Part shown: positions 15,284 through 24,201 of the stretch, piece by piece
Numbering within the stretch: the stretch's first letter is position 1
How the letters are laid out: each line of letters starts with the position of its first letter
Virus record (IMG/VR): IMGVR_UViG_3300038675_000170
Coordinates: 1 to 24,736 of that record
Length of the DNA stretch: 24,736 bases
From: a virus
Lineage: Duplodnaviria; Caudoviricetes
Direction: 5' to 3' (one strand)
The notes under the pieces: generated by a model
Database searches by the model: none
What the model saw: only the letters and a program-made list of their open reading frames with translations
Told to the model about the DNA's origin: nothing
Position numbers and translations under genes: made by a program

Positions 15284-15901
15284 TTATGCGGACTTTTTAG
15301 AGCAGAACTTGCGAGGCGCTGCGTTCTTCTTGATGCCGAGTTTTTCCCTGAGCTCTTTCTCGTCATTCGCATCCATGCGGAAGTCTTCCACCACGCCCTT
15401 AATGATTTCCTCGACTTTTGCTTTCCAGTCGGCCTGTTCCCTAACCTTTCGCTCTGCGTCGGACACAGAGTTCTTCTTGGCCACATTGAAGCGCCCTATA
15501 TCTATAATACTTATGTCGCTACTATCCGATCCGAACACCTGGCTTATAATGTCTTTAACTTCGCTTCTTGATTTGCCGGATATTTCAAATTCATAGCTAC
15601 CTCCGCCACCGCCTGCGTCCGAAAATCCTTTGCTTTTAAGCGCAGACTCTCTGCTTTGTGAATAATACTCTTTGTCCACGGATATCATCCATGATTTCCC
15701 GCTCGCGTTCTTTTTCAACGTCAGGCTTGTATGCCCGCCCAATGGATTTCTTAGGTCAGCCACTGTAGTCCCAAGGTTGTCAGCCAGCTCTTTAATTGTT
15801 TTCGGGCTGCCAGCTTGGGCATAGGTTAAATCAAAAGCTTTGCAATATTCTTTTATAGTTTGAATATCCTCATTCTTTTTTACACTACAGTATTTTGCCA
15901 T
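15284..15901 (-). CDS. Hypothetical 205-aa protein with four KKN motifs, possible processed internal virion protein
   Basis: AAGGAG RBS; inserted between tube and chaperone genes. Confidence 0.75.
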   Translation of the reverse strand: MAKYCSVKKNEDIQTIKEYCKAFDLTYAQAGSPKTIKELADNLGTTVADLRNPLGGHTSLTLKKNASGKSWMISVDKEYYSQSRESALKSKGFSDAGGGGGSYEFEISGKSRSEVKDIISQVFGSDSSDISIIDIGRFNVAKKNSVSDAERKVREQADWKAKVEEIIKGVVEDFRMDANDEKELREKLGIKKNAAPRKFCSKKSA

Positions 15902-15911
15902 TGCCCGCTCC

Positions 15912-16367
15912 TTAAGCTATTGATCTCTTGCCGTCAGCGAATGCGAATTGGTACACGGCCACGGCCTGTTCGGTGTCGCCTTCCATGTTCTCTTTGACCG
16001 CTATAGGCCGCCTGAATATTCCGCCGGTCATATCGTACGTCACGCTGTTAACGTTCCCGGCTCCATCCCCAACCTTCTTAACAAATTGTCCGGTCATGGT
16101 GGTAAATGCAGCAGAGTCGGCGATCCACGATTGAAGTAAGCTGTTGAGGAACTTATCGTCAGCCGAGCCGAGCATTACTCTTAAGGTAAGATTGGCGTTC
16201 CGGCCTGTGGCGTTAAAAGCAAAAATGCTATTGCCGTTCTTGCCCGTCTTTACGTTGCCTACGTCGTTCGGGAACTCTATCACCCCGGTATCGCCGTCCG
16301 CGAGGTCTGTTAGAATTCTTCCGTTTATCTGGATTACATCTGCCCCCGTTAATGCTTCTACGCTCAT
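15912..16367 (-). CDS. Tail tube protein (DUF3277-like)
   Basis: 151 aa, beta-rich, directly after sheath; GRNANLTLRVMLGSADDKFLNSL pattern. Confidence 0.85.
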   Translation of the reverse strand: MSVEALTGADVIQINGRILTDLADGDTGVIEFPNDVGNVKTGKNGNSIFAFNATGRNANLTLRVMLGSADDKFLNSLLQSWIADSAAFTTMTGQFVKKVGDGAGNVNSVTYDMTGGIFRRPIAVKENMEGDTEQAVAVYQFAFADGKRSIA

Positions 16368-16392
16368 CGCTTAGCCCTCCTTAATTATGAAT

Positions 16393-17892
16393 TTATGAAA
16401 TCTGCACGATCACGTCTGCGGAGTGTATCGCTCCGGCTTCTTTAACGGCTATCTGCACAAGGGGCGCTTTTCTGGAATTGCGATCCGCAGCGCTCTGTTG
16501 CGCTATCGGAAGCGAGTAGATGTAGTACCCAGCGTCCGTTATATTCCTGCGCAGGTCTTCCGGGTTGCCGAACGTTGTCGGGTTGGTCCAAGTCAGCCCA
16601 CTGGCCAGGTATCCGTTCCTTATCCCCTGTAAACATACGCTTGCGAATGCACCCTTCAGCCCGCTCATGCCTGGCTCGGTCTGCGGGATCTTTGTGTTGG
16701 TCATGGCCAGGTGATTAAACCCTGCGACCTGCAGAGCCAGTTTCAACCATAGCTGCCCGTAGATTTGATCCGCGTACCCGTTTGCGCCGTAAGACAATAC
16801 CGCTGGATATCCCGCCACTGAAACGTAGATATCAAATCCATAGAGCGTGGCCTGTTGGTCGATATTGTCGCTTGCGGCATCCGGGTCCGGGGTTATCCCG
16901 GCCAATTGCTTGAGGTTCATTGTACACATCGTGTTTGAACCCGCCCAGTTAATTCCAAACAATCTCGATGCATATGCGGCCACGGCCTCCCTTGCATCGG
17001 CCTCGCCTATGGTATACAGCAAGCAGCGAGTGTGGGTAAGCCCGGACTGTTGAATTACTTTAAATAGCGTGTCGATCTCGGCGGCGTCGTTCCTGCCGAT
17101 GAATGCGAGCTTGTCCTGTGTCTGCATATAGGCCGCGAAGTTTAGGACGTTTTCGACGGTGTCTGATATGGTCGAGAGTATTCCGAAGTAGAAAACCTCG
17201 AGCTTTGTGCGCTCGACAGCTTCGACGATGTCCTCTGCGGACAGGGCGGCTTTGCCGTTGACTATCTTAACGTTGCCCGTCCCGTTGAGGTATGTTTCAC
17301 CTGATAGATCAGTTCCTGCGGCGGGAGCCGAAAGCTTGGTCACCTTGGAGTCTACTCCTGTAGTTGAGGAAGTAAACAAGAATGCGCCTTGGCCTGAGTT
17401 TGCGGATGCTACGTACGCGCACGTCCCGCCTGTCAAGGCAGTATCTATCACTGTCGCAACATCGTCCAGGTCTTCAGCATCTGAGAAATCAAGGTCCGTT
17501 AGGCTTTTTTCTACCCCATCAAAGGATATCTTAAACGCGCCATCCTCCACGAGCTGAAACGCTTCCAGTGCACCTGGTGCCAATGTTTGCATGATCCCAG
17601 CCGTTGCCTCTGCGTTCTCTTTCAGAGGGATTACAACAAGATACCCGTTGCCAGTGAGTATATTAGGGGTTTGAGAAAATATCGCCACGGCCTGTTTGTA
17701 AGTATCAGACGCGAGGCCGAAATCTGTAAGCACTCCACCCGGATCCCTGTAGATTTTATATCCGTCATCGCCGAATGTGACGTTCGGGGTTTCGTCGGTG
17801 AACAGAGCCAGCGAATTTACATTGAACCCCGGCAGTCCCTGCGGAGTCGCCATCAGCGTTACGTTGATGATTTTGCTAAGTGATACTTCCAT
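16393..17892 (-). CDS. Contractile tail sheath protein (DUF3383-like)
   Basis: LSKIINVTL start, YKQAVAIFSQTP, TMNLKQLAGI, KIPQTEPG, GYYIYSLPIAQQSAADRNSRKAP, AGAIHSADV. Confidence 0.93.
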   Translation of the reverse strand: MEVSLSKIINVTLMATPQGLPGFNVNSLALFTDETPNVTFGDDGYKIYRDPGGVLTDFGLASDTYKQAVAIFSQTPNILTGNGYLVVIPLKENAEATAGIMQTLAPGALEAFQLVEDGAFKISFDGVEKSLTDLDFSDAEDLDDVATVIDTALTGGTCAYVASANSGQGAFLFTSSTTGVDSKVTKLSAPAAGTDLSGETYLNGTGNVKIVNGKAALSAEDIVEAVERTKLEVFYFGILSTISDTVENVLNFAAYMQTQDKLAFIGRNDAAEIDTLFKVIQQSGLTHTRCLLYTIGEADAREAVAAYASRLFGINWAGSNTMCTMNLKQLAGITPDPDAASDNIDQQATLYGFDIYVSVAGYPAVLSYGANGYADQIYGQLWLKLALQVAGFNHLAMTNTKIPQTEPGMSGLKGAFASVCLQGIRNGYLASGLTWTNPTTFGNPEDLRRNITDAGYYIYSLPIAQQSAADRNSRKAPLVQIAVKEAGAIHSADVIVQIS

Positions 17893-17923
17893 GTTTTTGC
17901 CTCCCCTTGTCTTTACTGCAATA

Positions 17924-17951
17924 ATTCTAACACAACAGGCGTTATTGTCAA
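17924..17951 (-). promoter_or_regulatory. sigma70-type promoter before sheath gene
   Basis: TTGACA (17951-17946), 16 nt, TAGAAT with extended TG; GGGAGG RBS downstream. Confidence 0.72.
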
Positions 17952-17955
17952 TTCT

Positions 17956-18495
17956 CTAATTTTCATGAACCTCGGCGTCCCTGAAGTCGTCGTAATAGTC
18001 AATTGCCTTGGTCTTTGTGTATTTTACGTGGCATTGGAACCTGGCTTGGAACCGGTACAATTTACCCGCGCCCTCTACTTCCGAGATATCCACAAAAGAC
18101 GACGGGTGCGAGAATATTTTAAACCCGTTCTTTCCCTGCTGATCCTGCGAGTAGTAGCTGGCCAGCGCCATCAGAACTTCTTCTTTTCTTTCCCTGGCCT
18201 CCGAGTTCCGGCTCAGCACGTCCACGGTGACCTCTTTCTGCATTACCGCTTCCTGTATCTGCTGCGGTGGGCTGTCGTCGGTGAACTTGAAGGAGTTGTG
18301 TATCGCCCGGCCAGGGGTTTCTTTTAGGATGACGAACATATAGTCGTACGCCGGGAGCGTGAAGTTCTGGTTCCATAAGAACACCCGGCGGTCGTTCGGG
18401 TTCTTGCTCGCAGGGTTTGCGGGCTGCAGTGTAAGCTCGCGCTCGATGATATCGGCGATCACCTGTATATATTCTTTGTCTGAGTTTTCGTTCAT
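17956..18495 (-). CDS. Tail terminator/neck protein, 179 aa
   Basis: Start moved to ATG 18495 (GAGGTGA RBS, ATGA overlap); immediately before sheath. Confidence 0.8.
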   Translation of the reverse strand: MNENSDKEYIQVIADIIERELTLQPANPASKNPNDRRVFLWNQNFTLPAYDYMFVILKETPGRAIHNSFKFTDDSPPQQIQEAVMQKEVTVDVLSRNSEARERKEEVLMALASYYSQDQQGKNGFKIFSHPSSFVDISEVEGAGKLYRFQARFQCHVKYTKTKAIDYYDDFRDAEVHEN

Positions 18496-18881
18496 TCCGT
18501 CACCTCGTAATCCTGCGTAAGGTCGAATTGGTAGTACCCGCCTTGCGCCCAATCAGCGCGCTTCATTACCCGGTACTTGTTGCCTTTGAAGTCGATGATA
18601 TTGTCCCCAACGTTTATGTCGTAATCCGTCTGCGTCCACAGGCTCCACCATTTCCAAGCCCGCTGTCCTTCAGGTTTAAATGCTATCTGCTGGCCGGGCA
18701 TGGGTTGGAATACTCCCTCGCATTCAAAGTCCGAGCTTATTTTAACGTTCTCAAAGTCCACTATCTCGTCCGTTATCTTTGTGAACGTCATGCTGTTAGA
18801 CCATATCGGCAGGTACCCTCCCATTTCGGGGAAAGGCCCCGTGCGGCCGTTTTTGGCGTTCAGCGGTGATCGTGGCATCAT
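18492..18881 (-). CDS. Head closure protein, 129 aa
   Basis: Start moved to ATG 18881 (ATGA overlap); GVFQP..QIAFKPEGQRAWKW, GNKYRVMKRADW..GGY. Confidence 0.82.
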   Translation of the reverse strand: MMPRSPLNAKNGRTGPFPEMGGYLPIWSNSMTFTKITDEIVDFENVKISSDFECEGVFQPMPGQQIAFKPEGQRAWKWWSLWTQTDYDINVGDNIIDFKGNKYRVMKRADWAQGGYYQFDLTQDYEVTE

Positions 18882-19360
18882 TCGCCTTTCTTTACAACGG
18901 CAGATGTTATGGATCTCTGCAGTTGGCTTGTTTCTATCAATATGGCTGTGGAACCTTTGAGCTCGGCCGTCATGGTAGATATCGGCTTCCACTGACCGAA
19001 CCCGCCGCTTTTGAATGCGTCTGCTACGGCCGCTTCCCCTGCGATCCCCAGGATCTTCAGCGTTGGGATCAGGTCCCCGTTCACCATGTCTTGCGCTATA
19101 GTCTTTATAGCCGACCGTGCTATTTCCTGCGACTTCTTCTCAAGCGGCATTTTAAGAAACGACCTTTGAGGTATATGCTCGCTGTAGGAACCGAACTCGT
19201 GCTTAGCTCCTATACTTACGTTTGTTTCCCCGTCGCCGGCATTGCGAGAGGCTTTGTTTGATAAGATCCCGACCTTCACGCGCATATCGTTCACTCCCCG
19301 GAACGATCCGATGAGCTTCTTTAACCCATCAAAGTTTGCGCGGACTTCATTTTCGGCCAT
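18878..19360 (-). CDS. Tail completion/neck 1 (virion morphogenesis) protein
   Basis: VKVGIL, IGAKHEFG, IPQRSFL, KGSTAILIETSQLQRSIT motifs. Confidence 0.85.
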   Translation of the reverse strand: MAENEVRANFDGLKKLIGSFRGVNDMRVKVGILSNKASRNAGDGETNVSIGAKHEFGSYSEHIPQRSFLKMPLEKKSQEIARSAIKTIAQDMVNGDLIPTLKILGIAGEAAVADAFKSGGFGQWKPISTMTAELKGSTAILIETSQLQRSITSAVVKKGE

Positions 19361-20257
19361 TTACGGCTGTGTCCTTCCCCTGGCGACTCCCGGCTTGCCT
19401 TGTATTCTGGGCCAAACGTAGGCGATATACGTGCGCCCGTAGCCGGTTGTTGCAAGCTCGCCCCATGTCGGGCTTGATGAGAAGTGTTCCGGCACCGAGA
19501 AGCTCACGCTCACGCTGCCTACGCTTTGCGAGCTTGCTATACTCTCGCCCTTGGAGTCGATCCCTGATCCGGCAAGCCTTAAGTCTTTGACCATATAATG
19601 AGCCGTGAGGTACAAATACGCCTCTACCAGCACCTGCCCGTTCTCGAACAGTTCCGGGTTTATAAGCGTCAGCGCCTTCCCGAACCCTTTTTGTATGTCC
19701 ATGTCAAGGACGTAATTGTCCACATCCACGTTCACAGCCTCCCACGTCGGGGGGTCTGTGACCTCTGTGGGGATCACGCCCTGTGACGAGGTTAGGAGCA
19801 TTTTATAAAAGTTAACGTCATTGCCCACTTGGTACGAAACGATGTCGTCCTCGAAGTATTCCTTGGTAAGGCTGAAGGGCTTTAGGTACTTAAAGTCCCT
19901 TGTAAAATAATCCCTGAAATCCGCAGGCTCGATTGAAATAAGGAACGAGTCGTACGAGCTTGACGGTATAGTCCCATACGGGTACGGCCACACCCTCACT
20001 GGCGGTTCGGCCCATCCCGCGGGGTTGTATGTCAGTTGCCTGATTATGAGCGTATAGACGCCAGGCTCGTCCGGTATGAATTCGGCCTGGTAGTTCCCGT
20101 TCGTCAGCTCGTTGATTGTTACGGCTATCTGGTATGGGGTTCCGTCCAGGAACATTTCTATCACAAAATCCTCGGTTGTCAGCCCGAGTACAGGGTTGCC
20201 GTCCTCGTCTGCTACGTGGAGCGCTCCGCTGTAATACTTCTGGTCTATTTTATACAT
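19361..20257 (-). CDS. Head-tail adaptor (DUF4054-like) with extra domains
   Basis: C-terminal YLYLTAHY, SSQSVGSVSVSF, LATTGYGRTY; N-terminal Ig-like extension. Confidence 0.85.
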   Translation of the reverse strand: MYKIDQKYYSGALHVADEDGNPVLGLTTEDFVIEMFLDGTPYQIAVTINELTNGNYQAEFIPDEPGVYTLIIRQLTYNPAGWAEPPVRVWPYPYGTIPSSSYDSFLISIEPADFRDYFTRDFKYLKPFSLTKEYFEDDIVSYQVGNDVNFYKMLLTSSQGVIPTEVTDPPTWEAVNVDVDNYVLDMDIQKGFGKALTLINPELFENGQVLVEAYLYLTAHYMVKDLRLAGSGIDSKGESIASSQSVGSVSVSFSVPEHFSSSPTWGELATTGYGRTYIAYVWPRIQGKPGVARGRTQP

Positions 20258-20275
20258 CCGTTTTCCCTCCCCTAT

Positions 20276-20284
20276 ATTGTAGCA
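20276..20284 (-). promoter_or_regulatory. Possible extended -10 promoter before adaptor gene
   Basis: TGcTACAAT followed by GGGGAGG RBS; no correctly spaced -35. Confidence 0.4.
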
Positions 20285-20290
20285 AACGGG

Positions 20291-20464
20291 TCAAGACTTA
20301 ACCCTTTTATTGTGCTCGCATTCCACTTCACAGTCCCCGCAATCCTTTCCATGATCCCTGCACCAATCTACCCGCCCTTCATTCATTACCCTGCGGAAGT
20401 TCTCGAGTATCTCCCGCGAAGCCCGGCCTATCAATTCCTGCTCATGTTGAATATCGAGGCACAA
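20291..20464 (-). CDS. Small Cys/His-rich protein, 57 aa, absent from ORF track
   Basis: AAGGTGA RBS, TTG start; MCLDIQHEQE...WCRDHGKDCGDCEVECEH; fills the gap between endolysin and adaptor. Confidence 0.55.
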   Translation of the reverse strand: MCLDIQHEQELIGRASREILENFRRVMNEGRVDWCRDHGKDCGDCEVECEHNKRVKS

Positions 20465-21011
20465 GTTCTTTCACCTTTGCGTATAGGTTTTTGCCCGGGC
20501 AGGTCGTGGCCTTTAGATCCCTATGCCCATATATGCCTTTTATGGGGTACTTCTTGCACAGCAGGTCGACAAGTTCTTTTAACGAATACAGCTGAGCCTG
20601 CGGGACTTCGGGCTGTATATCAAAGTCGCCTACCACGCATATGCCTATGGTATCGTGGTTTTGATTTAGACAATGAGCTCCCCATAAGTCCTCAGCCCGA
20701 CCACGTTCGATCACTCCATTCTTGCGGATCACAAAGTGGTACCCTATCCCACCGTAGTCTTTGTCTATATGCCACTTGTGGATCTCTTCAGCCGATACGT
20801 CGCGGGTCAGCTTGCCTACGTGGTGTATGACAAGCCTGACCGTTGACTTTCGTTTAGTGGCATACTTGACAGGGAACGGATCCCCAAGCACGTCAAGGCC
20901 GCCTGCAGGGGACGCAGGAGCCTCCACCGGAACGGACTCGATTTTAGTTGCACCCGACACGTCCCCGTCGTCTATCTTTTGTAGATCAGGTTTCTTCCAC
21001 CACAAGCACAT
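20442..21011 (-). CDS. Endolysin, N-acetylmuramoyl-L-alanine amidase (Amidase_2, T7 lysozyme-like)
   Basis: LVIHH, IGYHFVIRKNGVIERGR, GAHC, IGICVVGDF, GHRD....CPG zinc-ligand motifs. Confidence 0.94.
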   Translation of the reverse strand: MCLWWKKPDLQKIDDGDVSGATKIESVPVEAPASPAGGLDVLGDPFPVKYATKRKSTVRLVIHHVGKLTRDVSAEEIHKWHIDKDYGGIGYHFVIRKNGVIERGRAEDLWGAHCLNQNHDTIGICVVGDFDIQPEVPQAQLYSLKELVDLLCKKYPIKGIYGHRDLKATTCPGKNLYAKVKELVPRYST

Positions 21012-21012
21012 G

Positions 21013-21309
21013 CTACTCTCCCTTTATCACGCTTACTATTTCCTCCAGGTCTTTCTTTTCCGCTTCTTTATTTTCAATAACCTCGGCAACCTTTGCTATC
21101 TGTGAAGTCACATCAGACAGCTTTATCTTTTGCGTGTGCATTATTTTTTCCTTGCCGTCTTTGTCAAAAGAAAAGTATTCTAACCTCGCCAAACTGTCGC
21201 TTTCCTTCACAGCCCTTTTCTCGCAATTGGCAAGAACCTTTGACAATGCGCTTGCCGTAACCTTAGAAAACGCCCTCATTTTTGCGAACTCCTGTTGCAT
21301 ATCAACCAT
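21013..21309 (-). CDS. Hypothetical 98-aa protein with C-terminal coiled coil (possible fibre chaperone)
   Basis: AGGAGGT RBS; directly downstream of the fibre-like gene; role inferred from position. Confidence 0.7.
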   Translation of the reverse strand: MVDMQQEFAKMRAFSKVTASALSKVLANCEKRAVKESDSLARLEYFSFDKDGKEKIMHTQKIKLSDVTSQIAKVAEVIENKEAEKKDLEEIVSVIKGE

Positions 21310-21326
21310 TTTTCAACACCTCCTTT

Positions 21327-23942
21327 TTATATCAAAGCCAATAAAGCCTGTAATTGAGTTTCGTTCAGGCTTGTTGAACCCAGAGTGAGTCCTGCGGCAT
21401 ATACCGTCCCGCTGTAATGCCCGTCTTTCCAGCGCAGGTCTTCCGTTCCATTATCATATGCTCCGTCCTCTTGCCCGCACCAATCCCAATTCACCCACGC
21501 ATACTCGTCCGTTAAATTCATGCCGATAGAGCCGCTTGATGAAAAATCGGACTTTGCAAATATGATTTCAGGCTCGTCAAAATCTCCCTGTGCGAATATT
21601 CCCAAACTGTCGTAAACACCAAGAGCATAAGGGAAGGGAACGACTTCTGGTAAAGAACTTAGGGCCTCGCTTTGAAGAATTGGAAAAGTTATCTCAAGGT
21701 CAGGGACTAACGCTGAAAGGTCAACAGTCAGCTCTTTACTTTCAATGGCGGTGTTAGGGAACGAGAACCTGAAGAAATCGTCAAGCTCGTAATACTCGTT
21801 GCCGTAGTCATAGCCAAACACCTTCGGGTTCTCTTTGTCAGAGTCGTAGAATGTAAGGCTTGCATTTGTCTCTCCGTCCTTTGCTATTACGTTCGCAGAC
21901 TTCTGTAGGTAGACTCCTTCTTCTACTGAGCCTTCGTCGTCTCCATCGTCGAACAATCTCGTCATCCCGCTCATCACGGGTATTCTTGAATGAGAGTATT
22001 GCCCGTTCCTTACCTGCTTGTATCCATAGGTCAATTCCTCTCCCCAGAACCCAACGTGCAGGTCGTGGAAGAACCCTGTCGGGCCGTTCACTCCCGGCTG
22101 TTCTATCACGCCCAGGTATGGAAGCTCACGGCTGAAATCCGCAAATCCGAGATATAGATATTTGCCGTGGACTGCAAGCGTAAGCGGCATAGGAGCGTAA
22201 AACTTCTTTGCTACTATATATGGGTTTGCGGGGTCACGCACGTCAATGACATAAAGGTTCGGCTCGCTTGACGACCAATTCACCAGGTAGCAATATCCGT
22301 TGACGTATTTTACATAGCTTGACGGAGATACCAGGTCGGACAAAAGCGACGACACTATTGTCGGGGCCGTCTTGTTGCTCACGTCAACGATATAAAATTT
22401 AGGGTTGTCGCTTTCCATAAATGACAGTCCAGAGGCAATATAGACATAATCGCCCCAGACGTTCAGCGTCCATATACCGTCAGGGATATTGAGAGCGGAA
22501 CCGCCTACTACGGACATATCGGACGGGTCGGTAGCGTCTATTATCCTGAACATATCCGTCCCAAGCGTGGAGTTCCTGCCGCCTACATACACATATCCGT
22601 CCTGGACTTTGCACGTCCAACACACAAATGCACCGTCGCTTATTGGAACAATACTGTCGAGTATTGCGGGATTATCAACATCTGAAACATCTACGGAATA
22701 TAGCGTCTGCTGTCCTGTGACATAGACAACGCCATTCTCGTAATCAAGCGTAGCACCGCCACCACTATTTTCAAACCCCGTAAGTGCAGAGCCGCCCTTA
22801 ACGACAGGGTTTGTCGGGTCATGCACATCGACTATGCGGAACACATCCCCTCCCGTTGCTTCGAACGCGATATACAAATACCCGCCCTGATACCGTATGC
22901 CCTTAATGGCGTGTGCGGGAAGGTTTGTTATGGTTGTCGGGCTTACCTTAACAGGATTTGCGGGGTCTGCAAGAGAATATATCTGCAACGGACAGACTTC
23001 TTCTTCGTAGTATGTGCCAAGATACAGATACTTTCCGTCGGTGTCTATTGACCGTGCGGTGTTCTCAAGCCCTACCGCCGTTGTGATATCCTTCATCGTT
23101 GGGGCCAACCATGCGTCAACGGCTTCTGATGATGATATTCTTTCGTAAGCACTTATATTTTGACCGCACCAGAAATCACTCTCTGTAAGCTCAAGTGTGT
23201 TATTGTCAAAATCTGGGTAGAGTTCTATCCCGCCAGTCATTGCTCCTTCTGTGAATTGCAGGAATATTAAGCTATGGTTTGCGTCGTTGTCCAGATCGAA
23301 CGACGATATGCCAAACCTCATGCTCCACAATGCCGCATCAAGTCCGCTTTGCGAGGTCGTTGCCTTTATATGCGGAAACGTCACTTCTCCTAATCCAACC
23401 GCTGTCAAATCTACCGTTTCTTGTTTCATGCGGATATTCAATCCCGTATGTCCGAACATCATTCTTATCTCTGAATTTTCTTCGTCAATTTCATACATAG
23501 ATATAAAGAAGGGGTATTCAATATCATCAGCGTCAGGAGCTTCCCCCATAATAAGCCCAGAGTTAAGATTGAACGTGTAATAATAAAATTCCGTGTCTTC
23601 GTCTGCGGTGCTGATAATGGGCTGTGTAAATTGATGAAAAACATTCGCATCTTCTTCGTCTTGTCCGAATGCCGCACAAATGCATTTGACTTCCTCCGGC
23701 CCCATGTTGGCGATATCTGCCAAGAAGAACCCAGACGCAATGGCAACAGGCATATGTTCTATTTCTTCGAGTTCTTCATTCCATGTATAGCCAGTTAAAT
23801 ACGCAATTTCCTCAAATTCTTCTACGGCTATGTAGTGCGGGGTTGCGGACGTGGCATCGCCGAGCTTTGTGTCGAAGCCGAGTTCTCCAAAGCCAGCAAC
23901 GTACAGGTTGCGGTCTATATATTTATCGCCTTTAGTTCGCAA
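21327..23942 (-). CDS. LVIVD-repeat beta-propeller protein, putative receptor-binding/fibre protein
   Basis: About seven repeats such as GGYLYIA..FRIVDVHDPTNP, FYIVDVSNKTAP and LYVIDVRDPANP; fibre-like C-terminus YDNGTEDLRWKDGHY; TTG start. Confidence 0.82.
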   Translation of the reverse strand: MRTKGDKYIDRNLYVAGFGELGFDTKLGDATSATPHYIAVEEFEEIAYLTGYTWNEELEEIEHMPVAIASGFFLADIANMGPEEVKCICAAFGQDEEDANVFHQFTQPIISTADEDTEFYYYTFNLNSGLIMGEAPDADDIEYPFFISMYEIDEENSEIRMMFGHTGLNIRMKQETVDLTAVGLGEVTFPHIKATTSQSGLDAALWSMRFGISSFDLDNDANHSLIFLQFTEGAMTGGIELYPDFDNNTLELTESDFWCGQNISAYERISSSEAVDAWLAPTMKDITTAVGLENTARSIDTDGKYLYLGTYYEEEVCPLQIYSLADPANPVKVSPTTITNLPAHAIKGIRYQGGYLYIAFEATGGDVFRIVDVHDPTNPVVKGGSALTGFENSGGGATLDYENGVVYVTGQQTLYSVDVSDVDNPAILDSIVPISDGAFVCWTCKVQDGYVYVGGRNSTLGTDMFRIIDATDPSDMSVVGGSALNIPDGIWTLNVWGDYVYIASGLSFMESDNPKFYIVDVSNKTAPTIVSSLLSDLVSPSSYVKYVNGYCYLVNWSSSEPNLYVIDVRDPANPYIVAKKFYAPMPLTLAVHGKYLYLGFADFSRELPYLGVIEQPGVNGPTGFFHDLHVGFWGEELTYGYKQVRNGQYSHSRIPVMSGMTRLFDDGDDEGSVEEGVYLQKSANVIAKDGETNASLTFYDSDKENPKVFGYDYGNEYYELDDFFRFSFPNTAIESKELTVDLSALVPDLEITFPILQSEALSSLPEVVPFPYALGVYDSLGIFAQGDFDEPEIIFAKSDFSSSGSIGMNLTDEYAWVNWDWCGQEDGAYDNGTEDLRWKDGHYSGTVYAAGLTLGSTSLNETQLQALLALI

Positions 23943-24201
23943 GGTTAAATTCCTTTACTTCAAATCCGAGTATTTCGCAGGCTCCGTTAACTAACATTTT
24001 GCATAGCATTTTCAGGCTATACTTTTTGCCGTCAGCCATCGTCTTGTCATCTATCACGTGCTGGTCGTTTATAGCAAAGAGTATGTCCTTCACGCTTTCC
24101 TTATCAAGGGAAGCAGGGTAGGGAGAGTTGTAGGACTTAACCACTATCTCCCCACCCTTCTTTTGGATTATACAGCTGTATATAAAGTCTGCTATCCTCA
24201 A
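23932..24201 (-). CDS. Hypothetical protein (start possibly GTG 24144)
   Basis: Tiles between two structural genes; a better RBS lies before GTG 24144. Confidence 0.6.
   Translation of the reverse strand: MRIADFIYSCIIQKKGGEIVVKSYNSPYPASLDKESVKDILFAINDQHVIDDKTMADGKKYSLKMLCKMLVNGACEILGFEVKEFNLAN

Noticed and set aside
11195-18992. Long ORF-track starts at 12298, 15486, 18552 and 18992
   Set aside because: They overlap upstream genes extensively; starts at 12136, 15264, 18495 and 18881 have RBSs or ATGA coupling.
20276-20294. TTGACC as -35 for TACAAT
   Set aside because: The spacer is only 7 nt; only the extended -10 is retained, at low confidence.
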